From contig JBQTIY010000007.1 of NCBI GenBank assembly GCA_052387675.1, forward strand, positions 257,544-321,543: a DNA stretch of 64,000 bases. Reading direction: 5' to 3'. Shown piece after piece: positions 46,843 to 55,336 of the stretch. The notes under the pieces are model-generated. The model was not told the origin of the DNA, ran no database searches, and saw nothing but the letters and a program-made list of their open reading frames with translations. This stretch comes from Planctomycetota bacterium (GTDB taxonomy: Bacteria; Planctomycetota; B15-G4). The position numbers were made by a program, and so were the translations under genes. Positions within the stretch are counted from its first letter, which is position 1. Each line of letters opens with the position of its first letter.

Positions 46843-47637
46843 ATGGCCGGTCCGTCCGACGAACTCGTCGATCGCATCGCCGCGTTGCTCGGCCTCGCCG
46901 CCGACAGCGAGGACCCGAGCGTCGGCCGCCCCGATCTCTCGCGCGACGAGCATGTGGATGAGCTCGCCGGCCGGCTGCTGCAGCACTTCCGCGAACGCGA
47001 CGACTCGCAGGCCTTCGCCCTGCTGGTCGAGCTGACTCAGCCGCGCCTCTCGCGTCTGGCGCGGCTCATCACGCGCCAGATCGGCCTGGCCGTGGATTCC
47101 GAGGATCTCGTGGCCGGCTTCTTCGCGCGCATCTTTGTGGACACGCGCAAGCGGCAGCCCTACGTGGCGCGTTTTGTGGGCCTCGCGCGCACCGCGATGC
47201 GCAACGATGCCTTGGGCCAGCTCCGCCAGTACAAGCGCGCGGCCGCGCGCCACGAGATCTGGGGGCGGCGGCGCCTCTCGGAGCCGGGCAGCGATCCCGC
47301 GCATTCGGCCGAGCAAGCGGAGCAAGACGCCCGCCTGCCGCGCCTCGGCACGCTCTTCCTCGCCGTCGTCGGGCAGTGCTTCCACGAACTGGCCGAGCGC
47401 GAGCGCCGCGTGCTGCTGGCGCGCGAAGTGGACAAGCTCAGTTACGACGGCATCGCCGAAGACATGTCCCTGCCGCGCGGTCAGGTCGGCATGATCGTGA
47501 AGCGCGCGCGCGAGCGGCTGCGCCTGCGCATCGACGCGACCTTCTCAAGGCTCGGCCAGCCGCATCCACTGCTGGAGGAGCCACGCGTCGCCGTAGAATC
47601 CCCCTCTCGCCATCACGAGGCTCGCAGCGCTCCATGA
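46843..47637 (+). CDS. ECF-type RNA polymerase sigma factor (divergent)
   Basis: Sigma2 is QAFALLVELTQPRLSRLARLITRQIGLAVDSEDLVAGFFARIF. Sigma4 is LAERERRVLLAREVDKLSYDGIAEDMSLPRGQVGMIVKRARERL. Confidence 0.75.
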   Translation: MAGPSDELVDRIAALLGLAADSEDPSVGRPDLSRDEHVDELAGRLLQHFRERDDSQAFALLVELTQPRLSRLARLITRQIGLAVDSEDLVAGFFARIFVDTRKRQPYVARFVGLARTAMRNDALGQLRQYKRAAARHEIWGRRRLSEPGSDPAHSAEQAEQDARLPRLGTLFLAVVGQCFHELAERERRVLLAREVDKLSYDGIAEDMSLPRGQVGMIVKRARERLRLRIDATFSRLGQPHPLLEEPRVAVESPSRHHEARSAP

Positions 47638-48065
47638 GCGGCAAGAAGCACAAGCCCAAGTCACGCCGGCGGAGCGGTGCGGCGCTCGTTGCCTTGTCGG
47701 CGCTCGCGGCGCCGGCCACGCAGCCCGTGCAGGCCAATCTGAACGTTGCGGTCGCGACGGCGCAGCGGCTGCTGGCCGACCTGCTGCACGACGCGGCGCA
47801 AGCACGCCTCGCTCCGGCAGCGACCGCCGCCGGCCCCGCGCGCGAGCGGCAGTTGCGCACACTCTGCGCGCGTCTGCAGGGCCTCGGTGTGCCCATCGCC
47901 CTGCGCGAACTGCCGCGCCCCGGCAGCCACGCGGCCGGCACAGCCGCCCGGCGCGCCGACAACCGCCGCGCGGCCAAGCGCTTCGCGCAGCTCTTGCAGC
48001 GCCTGGAAGGGCCCACGGCTCGCAGCGCCAAGCTCCTCGCCGACTGCGCGGCGCGCCAGCTCTGA
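47634..48065 (+). CDS. Hypothetical helical protein translationally coupled to the sigma factor (possible non-canonical partner)
   Basis: There is an ATGA overlap at 47634-47637. A basic N-terminus and signal-like segment (KSRRRSGAALVALSALAAPATQPVQA) precede Ala/Leu/Arg-rich helices. There is no ZAS or other known anti-sigma motif. Confidence 0.45.
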   Translation: MSGKKHKPKSRRRSGAALVALSALAAPATQPVQANLNVAVATAQRLLADLLHDAAQARLAPAATAAGPARERQLRTLCARLQGLGVPIALRELPRPGSHAAGTAARRADNRRAAKRFAQLLQRLEGPTARSAKLLADCAARQL

Positions 48066-48110
48066 AGGGGTGAAGCGCTCGCCGCGCCGCTCTTAGACCT
48101 CCGCCACCAG

Positions 48111-49238
48111 CTAGACCTCCGGCAGCAGGCCGCGCTCGGCGAGATCTTCGGCCAAGAGCACCGCGCCGCCCGCCGCGCCCAGCACGGCGTTGTGCGACAG
48201 CACGACGTACTTCACGCCGCCCAGCACGGGCTCGGGCCGCAGGCGTCCGACCACGGTCGTGAGTCCGCGGCCTTCGTCGCGATCGAGCAGCGGCTGCGGA
48301 CGATCAGGCTCGCTGCGCACCAGGATCCAGCGTGCCGGCCGGCTCGGCAGCGCGCGCCCGCGCCAGGGATCCTCGGCCGCGAAGAGCGCGGCGACTTCGG
48401 CCGGCTCGGCCGGGCGCTCCAGTCCCACGCTCACGGCGAGCGTGTGCCCATGCTCCACCGGCACGCGCGTACACGTGCCCGAGATCGCAAAGTGGGCTCC
48501 CAAGATCTTGCGCGTCTCGGCCTCGACCTTCTCCTCTTCCTCGGCGATGAAGGGCAGGATGTTGCCGGCCACGGCGGCGGCCACCTGCGGCGCGCGCGAG
48601 CCGACGCCCGAGACCGCCTGCAGCGAGGTGAAGCTCACGGCGCGCACACCAAAGACGCGCTGCAGCGGAGCTAGCGTGACGGCCAGACCCACGGCCGTGC
48701 AGTTGGGGCCCGGAGCCAGAAAGCCACGCCAGCCGTGCGCACGCTGCTGGCGCGCCAACAAGGCCGCATGCTCGCCATTGACGCCGGCCAGCAGCAGCGG
48801 CGAGTCGGCGTCCATGCGCCAGGCGGAGGCCGTGGAGAAAACCGGCGTCGTCTCGGCGAGCCGCGCTTCGATCTCGCGCGCCGGTCCCGAGGGCAGCGTG
48901 GAGAAGACGGCGGCGAGGCCGCGCGGATCGAACTCGGCGGCATCACCGAGAACCAGATCGAGCAGGGCCGCGGGCAGCGCCGCGGAAGGCGCCCCGGAAG
49001 GCGTTTGCCCGGCGGCGCGCGCCGCTGACGGCGGCGCGGCAATGGTCGCGGCCCAAGCCTCGCCGTCGGCCTGGCGTTCGGCGAGCACATCTCCCAGCCG
49101 CCGCCCCACCGCGGCGGAGGAAGCTGCCACGGCGGTGATCTCGAACCAGGGATGGTGCGCGAGCGCTGCGAGAGCCTGCCGCCCCGCCACACCACTCGCT
49201 CCGACGATGCCGACCGGGCGGCGCTCAGCCACGCTCAC
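48111..49238 (-). CDS. asd: Aspartate-semialdehyde dehydrogenase
   Basis: It has VGIVGASGVAGR (NADP fold), PGPNCTAVGL (active-site Cys) and TCTRVPVEHGHTLAVSV. The GTG start is at 49238 or 49232, overlapping the lysC stop. The ORF-track start at 49352 is an extension. Confidence 0.85.
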   Translation of the reverse strand: MSVAERRPVGIVGASGVAGRQALAALAHHPWFEITAVAASSAAVGRRLGDVLAERQADGEAWAATIAAPPSAARAAGQTPSGAPSAALPAALLDLVLGDAAEFDPRGLAAVFSTLPSGPAREIEARLAETTPVFSTASAWRMDADSPLLLAGVNGEHAALLARQQRAHGWRGFLAPGPNCTAVGLAVTLAPLQRVFGVRAVSFTSLQAVSGVGSRAPQVAAAVAGNILPFIAEEEEKVEAETRKILGAHFAISGTCTRVPVEHGHTLAVSVGLERPAEPAEVAALFAAEDPWRGRALPSRPARWILVRSEPDRPQPLLDRDEGRGLTTVVGRLRPEPVLGGVKYVVLSHNAVLGAAGGAVLLAEDLAERGLLPEV

Positions 49239-50691
49239 GGCTCGCGCGTGCGGCGGGCCGCGCGGGCACCGGCTCGCCGAAGAACTCTGCATGCAGCGCG
49301 GTGAGCGCGCGGGCGAGATCGCCCTCGGCCAGCGCGCAGGACAGGCCCACATCGCCCGGCCCGTGGCTGAGCAGCCGCGATTCCACGCCGAGCCGGCCCA
49401 GACAGCCGAGCACGCGGCCGAGGATGGCCGGATCGCCGGTCACGCCATCGCCGACAATGCCCAACAGCGCCAGCGGCTCGTGCACGCTCACGTGCGCCGA
49501 CTCGCCGCCCGGACCAGGCATGAGCTTCAGCGTGCGGCGCACGAGCGCGGCGTCAGTGCGATCAATGCTGAAGGAGAGCGAGGCCATCGAGCTGGAAACG
49601 GCGTCCACATTCACGCCCGCCGCGCCGACGGCGCTGAGGATGCGGCCGGCCACGCCGGGCTCGTTGATCATGGCGGCGTCTTCCACGCGCACGACGGCCA
49701 CGCCGCGCCGGGCCGCGAGCGCCGCCACAGCACCGCCCGAGCGCTGGCCTCCGCCTGGCCGCCCAAGCGCCGCGGCGGGCCGCTCGACGAGCCGCGTGCC
49801 CGGCGCATCGACATCCTCGATGCAGCGCACGCTCACGGCCACCGGCAGTCCGCGCAGCGGGTCGAGGCAGCGCGGGTGCAGGATGCGCGCACCGTAGAGT
49901 CCGAGTTCGCAGGCTTCGTCGAAGGAGAGCTCGGGGAGTAGGCGCGCCGAGGGCACTTCGCGCGGATCGGCGGTCATGAAACCCGGCACGTCCTTCCACA
50001 ACTCCAGGCCCTGCGCGTTCAGACAGGCCGCGGCGACACCGGCGGTGTAATCACTGCCGCCGCGGCCGAAGAGCAGCACGTCGCCGTCGGTATTGATGCC
50101 GTAAAAGCCGGTGAGCACCAGCACGCGATCGTGGAGTTCATGCTGCAGCGCGGCGAGGCGCTCGGTGGTGGCGGGCAGGTCGCAGGAGGCGACGCGGTAG
50201 CCGCCCATCGCCACGATGCCGGCCTCTTCAGCGGTCACGGCGCGGGCATCGGCGCCGGCGGCCAGCACGGCCGCGGCCACGAGCGGCGCTGCCAGGCGCT
50301 CGCCGTGCGCCATGACCAGGTCGCGCGAGCGCGGCGTGAGTTCCCCGGTGAGGCGAATGCCGGTGAGCAGGCGTTCGGCGCCGTCGAGCAGCGGGCGGAG
50401 GCGGAAGCGCACCGCCTCGGCGTCGGGCAGAGCCGCGCAGGCCGCCTCGTGCTGGCGCTGCAAGCGCTCCATCGCATCGCGCACCATCTCGTGACCGGAG
50501 CGCGGATCGAGCGCGAGGAGTGCGGCTTGCTCCAGCGCGTCGGTGACGCCGCGCAGCGCCGAGACCACCACCAGCAATCGCTCGCCGCGGGCGCGCCGCT
50601 GCGCCAGCGCCGCGGCCACGCGCGTGAGACCGGCCGCATCGCCCAGAAGACCGCCGCCCACCTTGACGACGGTGAGGGTTGGCGCGTTCAC
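49225..50691 (-). CDS. lysC: Aspartate kinase with C-terminal ACT domains
   Basis: It has a GTG start, VVKVGGG, LLVVVSALRGVTDAL and FGRGGSDYTAGVAAACLNA, plus two ACT-like repeats. There is a GTGA overlap with the dapA stop. Confidence 0.9.
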   Translation of the reverse strand: MNAPTLTVVKVGGGLLGDAAGLTRVAAALAQRRARGERLLVVVSALRGVTDALEQAALLALDPRSGHEMVRDAMERLQRQHEAACAALPDAEAVRFRLRPLLDGAERLLTGIRLTGELTPRSRDLVMAHGERLAAPLVAAAVLAAGADARAVTAEEAGIVAMGGYRVASCDLPATTERLAALQHELHDRVLVLTGFYGINTDGDVLLFGRGGSDYTAGVAAACLNAQGLELWKDVPGFMTADPREVPSARLLPELSFDEACELGLYGARILHPRCLDPLRGLPVAVSVRCIEDVDAPGTRLVERPAAALGRPGGGQRSGGAVAALAARRGVAVVRVEDAAMINEPGVAGRILSAVGAAGVNVDAVSSSMASLSFSIDRTDAALVRRTLKLMPGPGGESAHVSVHEPLALLGIVGDGVTGDPAILGRVLGCLGRLGVESRLLSHGPGDVGLSCALAEGDLARALTALHAEFFGEPVPARPAARASRERG

Positions 50692-51701
50692 CCCGCCGCC
50701 GTCTCGAGCGCCGTGACGGGCGTGAAGGCCGCGCGCAGCGCCGACAGTGGCGAGGGCTGGCGCCGCTCGACCAAACGCAGCACCTCGCGCACGCGGGCCA
50801 AGCTGGCCGGCCCCATCGCGGCCAGCGGGGCGCGCACGTCGCCGGACATGACGCTGAGCAGCCCGAGGGCCGCCTTGACCGGCACCGGATTCTTGCTGCG
50901 CTGCGGCACTTTGACCACGTCCCCGCGCAGCAGGATCTGCTCCTCGGCCGTCACGCCCATGAGTTCGAAGAGCGGCTGGAGGCTGTCGTGCAGTTCGCGC
51001 GCGCGCGCTGCCTGCAGCGCCGCCGCGGCGTCGTGCAGAGCGCGCATGGCCGTGGGTGCGAGGTTGCTCGTCACCGTGCAGCCGCCGTGGGCGCGGATGT
51101 GCGGATCGATCATCGCGTCGCGCAGCAGCGCGTCATCGCCGCAAAGCAACAGGAAGTCTTCGCCGCAGAGCGCGCGCACGCGCTCCATGCGGGCCAGTCG
51201 GCCGGTGGCGTCCTTGACGCCGACGACATTGGGATGTTCCTCGACCAGCCGGGCTAGGTCATCGGGCAAGAGTTCGGTGCCCGTGCGCGCGGGGACGGCA
51301 TAGGGGAAGAGGCGCGCCTCGGGCAGGGCCGCGGCCACGGCGCCGTGCCAACTCTCGCGCAGCGCCGCGCTGCTCGCGCCGCTGTAGGGCGCATCGACGA
51401 GCAAGAGGTCGCGCACGCCGAGCTGCAGGGCCCGGCGGCCGCGCGCGATGACCTCGGGCAGAGCGCCCGGCCCGATGGCCAGCATGATCTGCTCGGGCCG
51501 CGCCTGTTCGAGCGCGGCATCGAGCAGTGCATGCCGCTCGGCCTCACTGAGAGCTGTCGCCTCGCCCGTCGTGCCGGCGACCAGCACCTGATCGGTGCCG
51601 TGATCGAGTTGAAAACGCACCAGCCTCGCGTAGCACGCGAGGTCCGGCGCCATCCCGCCCTTTGTGAAGGGCGTCACCAGAGCCGTCACCAACATCGCCA
51701 T
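50688..51701 (-). CDS. dapA: 4-hydroxy-tetrahydrodipicolinate synthase
   Basis: The start is ATG 51701 (MAMLVTALVTPF). It has VAGTTGEATALS and VVGVKDATG (Schiff-base Lys). A ~40-aa C-terminal extension goes beyond typical DapA. Confidence 0.85.
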   Translation of the reverse strand: MAMLVTALVTPFTKGGMAPDLACYARLVRFQLDHGTDQVLVAGTTGEATALSEAERHALLDAALEQARPEQIMLAIGPGALPEVIARGRRALQLGVRDLLLVDAPYSGASSAALRESWHGAVAAALPEARLFPYAVPARTGTELLPDDLARLVEEHPNVVGVKDATGRLARMERVRALCGEDFLLLCGDDALLRDAMIDPHIRAHGGCTVTSNLAPTAMRALHDAAAALQAARARELHDSLQPLFELMGVTAEEQILLRGDVVKVPQRSKNPVPVKAALGLLSVMSGDVRAPLAAMGPASLARVREVLRLVERRQPSPLSALRAAFTPVTALETAAG

Positions 51702-51799
51702 TGCCTCCCACGCCGTCTGCCGAATCGCGCGGGGCCGGCCGCCAGCCGTCACCCGCCGCGAGGCGCCACTCTAGCAGTCCGAGCGCGACGGTTCAGGAG

Positions 51800-54058
51800 T
51801 CACTGTTTGTGGAACTCCAGGGGAGCAATTCGCCAGGGCCATTGGGCCTCGTGCACCAGGATGCGATTGTCGATGCCGAGCGAGACGAGGCGCCGGCCGT
51901 CGGGCGTAAAGGCCAGGTCGTAAAGACCCATTTCGTTGGTGGTGAAGCTCAGCAGCGGCGTACCGCTCGCCGACTCCCAGATCACGATCTCGCCGCCGCA
52001 GGTCGCGAAGCGCCGACCGTCCGGCGTGAAGGCGATGCGCGAGATCGCGCTGGGATGACCGTCCACGATCCAAAGCGGCAGGATTGATGCGGCCGGCGTG
52101 GCCGCTGCGCCTGGCGTGGCCGATGCGGCGGACGTGCCCGCTGCGGCGGACGTGCCCGCTGCGGCCGACGTGATTGCAGAAATCTCCCAGCAGACCACTT
52201 CGCCGCGAGCGGTCGTGCCGAGCACGCGCCGGCCATCGGGTGCAAAGCACACCGCGGCCACGCGCGAGCCCGCGCCGGAGAGCACGGCCACCTCACGTCC
52301 CGTGTCACTCGCAAACACGCGCGCGCCCGTGCCGCTCGGCGCCGCGAGGAGTTGTCCGTCCGGAGCAAAGCCCAAGCCTCCGAGACTGTTGCGGCTGCCC
52401 TCGGCACCGGGCGTGCTGGTCCAAAGCAGCGTCCGGGTGCGCGCATCCCAGCAGCGCGTCGTGTCGTCGTAGTGGCAGACGGCCAGCCGCACGCCATCGG
52501 CGCTCCAGCTCACGCCCGAAGAACCCTTGGGATAGTTGCCTAGTTCGGCCACGACGGCGCCGGTCAAACCATCGTGCAGGCGCGTGTCGCCGCCAAGGTT
52601 GCTCGTCGCAAGCAGCGTGCCGGCGGGATCGAAGGCCAGCACATTCACGCTGAGTCCTTCGGGCTCTTCCTCCAGCGACCGACTGCTGGCCACCTGAAAT
52701 TCCTTTTCCAGCACGCCGCGCTGGAGATCCCAGAGCCGCACTGCGCCGTAGTAGTCGCCCGTTGCCGCGCGGTAGCCGTCCGGCGCCAGAGTGATGGAGT
52801 AAGCGGCCTTGTGTTCAGGACTGCCCTGCGCGCCGCCCAGCGCGCGCGCAACATCCCACACGCGCACTGTGCCGTCGGCCGAGCCGCTGAAGAGCTGCGT
52901 CCCGTCCAAAGCAAAGCTCAGTCCGTGCACAAAGGCGCGATGCCCATGCAAGAGCGCCTGCTGACGGCCGTCCGCGGTGCGCCACAGACGGACGGTGCCG
53001 TCTTCGCCGCCGCTCGCCAGGAGCGCGCCGTCCGGACTGAAGGCCAGTCCTCCGAGCGAGCCGACGTGACCGCTGAGCGTGAAGCGCGTCGCGCCCGTCG
53101 CCAGATCGAAGAGCCGCACCCAGCCGTTCTTGGCGCCGACCGCGAGCAGCGCGCCGTCCGGGCTGAAGGCCAGCGCGTCCACCGCGCTGTAGAGCGACTC
53201 GTGCTCCATCGAGAGCACGAGTGCGGGAGCTGTCGCGGCTGCGTCCGTCAGATCCCAAACGTAGGCGTGCCCGTCCCAGTTGGCGGCGGCGAGGCGCGTG
53301 CTGTCGGGACTGAAACGGATGAGCGCGATGGGCTTGCGCCCCCCCACGAGCAGGCGCTGCTTTTCCAGCGAGTCCGCATCGAAGAGTTGGACTTGGCCGT
53401 CGAGGCCATCGCTCCGCGTCTCACGCCACTGGTAGCTGGAGGCGGCCAAGAGCTCTCCATCGGGCGAGGCGTCACTGCAGGACACGGGCACTTTCGATTC
53501 CCACAGCGTGCTGAGCGGCTCTCCCGTCGCGGCATCCCAGAGGCGCGCGGTGCGATCGCCGGAGGCCGTGACGAGCCGTTTCCCATCCGGCGTGAAGACC
53601 GCCGACCAGAGTCCCTTGGTGTGCCCCTGCAGAGTGAGCAGGCGCTGGCCGGAGACTGCGTCCCAGATCGCCGCCGTGCCGTCGAAGCCGGCCGAGGCGA
53701 GGCGCTTGCCGTCGGGACTGAGCCGCAGGCCGAAGACGGTCTGGCCGCCGTGCGCCGCATCAATCGCGAGCCGGCTCTCGTCGGCACGGGCGGCGAGAAA
53801 CTCCCACTCCCAGCCGCGCAGATCGCCGGGCGCGCCCTCCAGCCAGTTCCAGGCAGCCGCCGTCTCGTGGTGGCGCAGCGTGGCCTCTGCCGCCCCGAGG
53901 TGAGCTCGGTAAGAAGCCAGTCGCTCTGCCGGGGCCGCAGCCGGCAATTGATTCGCATTCTGGCTTTGAATACAGGCCATCGCACCCGCAGCCAGCGGGC
54001 AGCACAGGACGAGTGCAAGACGGAAAGGCGCGGGGCGGAGAGAGGAAGGCAGGGTCAT
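51800..54058 (-). CDS. Exported/lipoprotein-like WD40 repeat protein (two propeller-sized blocks of WD repeats)
   Basis: The N-terminus is LALVLCCPLAAGAMAC. Many WD units are present (SPDGKRLASAGFDGTAAIWD, TPDGKRLVTASGDRTARLWD, SPDGALLASGGEDGTVRLW and others). There is an internal Ala/Ser/Thr hexapeptide repeat linker. Confidence 0.85.
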   Translation of the reverse strand: MTLPSSLRPAPFRLALVLCCPLAAGAMACIQSQNANQLPAAAPAERLASYRAHLGAAEATLRHHETAAAWNWLEGAPGDLRGWEWEFLAARADESRLAIDAAHGGQTVFGLRLSPDGKRLASAGFDGTAAIWDAVSGQRLLTLQGHTKGLWSAVFTPDGKRLVTASGDRTARLWDAATGEPLSTLWESKVPVSCSDASPDGELLAASSYQWRETRSDGLDGQVQLFDADSLEKQRLLVGGRKPIALIRFSPDSTRLAAANWDGHAYVWDLTDAAATAPALVLSMEHESLYSAVDALAFSPDGALLAVGAKNGWVRLFDLATGATRFTLSGHVGSLGGLAFSPDGALLASGGEDGTVRLWRTADGRQQALLHGHRAFVHGLSFALDGTQLFSGSADGTVRVWDVARALGGAQGSPEHKAAYSITLAPDGYRAATGDYYGAVRLWDLQRGVLEKEFQVASSRSLEEEPEGLSVNVLAFDPAGTLLATSNLGGDTRLHDGLTGAVVAELGNYPKGSSGVSWSADGVRLAVCHYDDTTRCWDARTRTLLWTSTPGAEGSRNSLGGLGFAPDGQLLAAPSGTGARVFASDTGREVAVLSGAGSRVAAVCFAPDGRRVLGTTARGEVVCWEISAITSAAAGTSAAAGTSAASATPGAAATPAASILPLWIVDGHPSAISRIAFTPDGRRFATCGGEIVIWESASGTPLLSFTTNEMGLYDLAFTPDGRRLVSLGIDNRILVHEAQWPWRIAPLEFHKQ
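52089..52172. repeat. Tandem 18-nt repeat (~4.7 units) inside the WD40 gene
   Basis: GCGGCGGACGTGCCCGCT is repeated perfectly at 52125-52142 and 52143-52160, flanked by degenerate units. It encodes (A/S)AAGTS hexapeptides. Confidence 0.75.
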
Positions 54059-54672
54059 GGCGTCGTTCCGGGAGAGCTGGCGTGCTGGAGAAGAAGCTGG
54101 AAGTAGCGGCGCAGGTGCGCGACGGATTGATCGAAGGGCGCCAGAGTTCCGCTGGCTCGGGCCTGCATGATTCCGCCCTCCATCGTGGTGAGGACGAAGC
54201 GCGCCAGTTCGCGGCGGTCGAGATCGGCGGGCAGGCGCTCGCCGGCGGCCTCGATCCAGCCGCCCACGACATCCAGCCAGTTCTCGAAGTTGGCGTGGAT
54301 GAGCGGCCGGATGTCGGGATGGCTGTCGGCCAGTTCAAGAGCCAGGTTGCCCACCGGGCAGCCCATCGTGCAGCCGGTCATTTCCAGCATCTGCCGGTAC
54401 TGGCCCAGCAGTTCGAAGACGCGCTCGACCGGATCGCCGGTGGCGGCCTCTACCGGATCGGTGACCTGCGGCCGCAGCTCGACGAGCCGCCACTCGAGCG
54501 TGCCGCGCAGCAGGTCTTCCTTGTTCTTGAAGAAATGGTAGAGGCTGCCGGCGTTGACGCCGCTCTCACGGAGAATCGTGGAGATGCCCGTGGCCTCATA
54601 ACCCTGCTCATGGAAGAGCCGGGCGGCGGTCTCGAGGAGCTTGGCGCGGGTATCGCCGTCGGGCGGGGGCAT
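54055..54672 (-). CDS. TetR/AcrR-family transcriptional regulator
   Basis: The start is ATG 54672. The HTH is RAKLLETAARLFHEQGYEATGISTILRESGVNAGSLYHFFKNKEDLL. There is an ATGA overlap with the WD40 gene start. Confidence 0.85.
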   Translation of the reverse strand: MPPPDGDTRAKLLETAARLFHEQGYEATGISTILRESGVNAGSLYHFFKNKEDLLRGTLEWRLVELRPQVTDPVEAATGDPVERVFELLGQYRQMLEMTGCTMGCPVGNLALELADSHPDIRPLIHANFENWLDVVGGWIEAAGERLPADLDRRELARFVLTTMEGGIMQARASGTLAPFDQSVAHLRRYFQLLLQHASSPGTTP

Positions 54673-54702
54673 CTTTTGTCTCGGCTGCCTTGGCCAGCTA
54701 AG

Positions 54703-54739
54703 TTGAATGGTCACTCAAGCCTCTTGAGCGGTCATTCAA
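54703..54739. promoter_or_regulatory. Candidate TetR operator (imperfect 17-bp inverted repeat)
   Basis: TTGAATGGTCACTCAAG-CCT-CTTGAGCGGTCATTCAA pairs 13 of 17 positions. It also reads as a direct repeat GGTCA(C/T)TCAAGC. It lies 31 nt upstream of the tetR ATG. Confidence 0.4.
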
Positions 54740-54778
54740 GCGAGAGAGTGCCAGCCTGTCAAGCCCTAGGAAGCGGCC

Positions 54779-55336
54779 TCAAATTCCAGCGTAGGCGCGC
54801 ACCTTGGCCACCTGAACCGGCAGGGGCAGCTCGTCGGTGCGGACCACGAGCTTGGGCTGCGGAATCGACTCGGCGCCGGCCTTCAGCGAAAGGTAGAGCT
54901 CGAAGCTGCGGTTGCTGGCTGGGTGGGCCAGATCAAGGCGGCCGGCGGCGGCGGCGATTTCACGCGCGGTCATGTCCTCGGCGATGCGTCCGCGGGCCGA
55001 GTCATCCGAGCAGATGCATTCCACGACGATGAGCCGGCTCTCGGTTTGTGTCGCGGCGACGCGCAGCCGTTCCACGGTCACATTGCGAGTGAAGGTGCGG
55101 CCATCGAGGATCACCGGGCCGCGTCCGCGTCGCAGCAAGAAGCCCGCCGCGGCATAGAGCGACTCCATGACGAGGTCGTCCTGCTCGGAGGAGTACTCCA
55201 CATCCCGCGCACCAAAGAGCGCCGCGCGAACCAGATCCTTGTTCAGCACCGGGGCGTTCAGGGCCTCGCCGAGCGCGCGCGCCAGCGTGCTTTTGCCCGA
55301 GCCCGGCAGCCCGGCCATGGCAATGAGCCGTCTCAC
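54779..55336 (-). CDS. P-loop kinase-like ATPase (AAA_33 / gluconate-kinase-like fold)
   Basis: The GTG start at 55336 forms a GTGA overlap with the upstream stop. The Walker A is MAGLPGSGKSTLA and the Walker B-like segment is VILDGRTF. Confidence 0.7.
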   Translation of the reverse strand: MRRLIAMAGLPGSGKSTLARALGEALNAPVLNKDLVRAALFGARDVEYSSEQDDLVMESLYAAAGFLLRRGRGPVILDGRTFTRNVTVERLRVAATQTESRLIVVECICSDDSARGRIAEDMTAREIAAAAGRLDLAHPASNRSFELYLSLKAGAESIPQPKLVVRTDELPLPVQVAKVRAYAGI

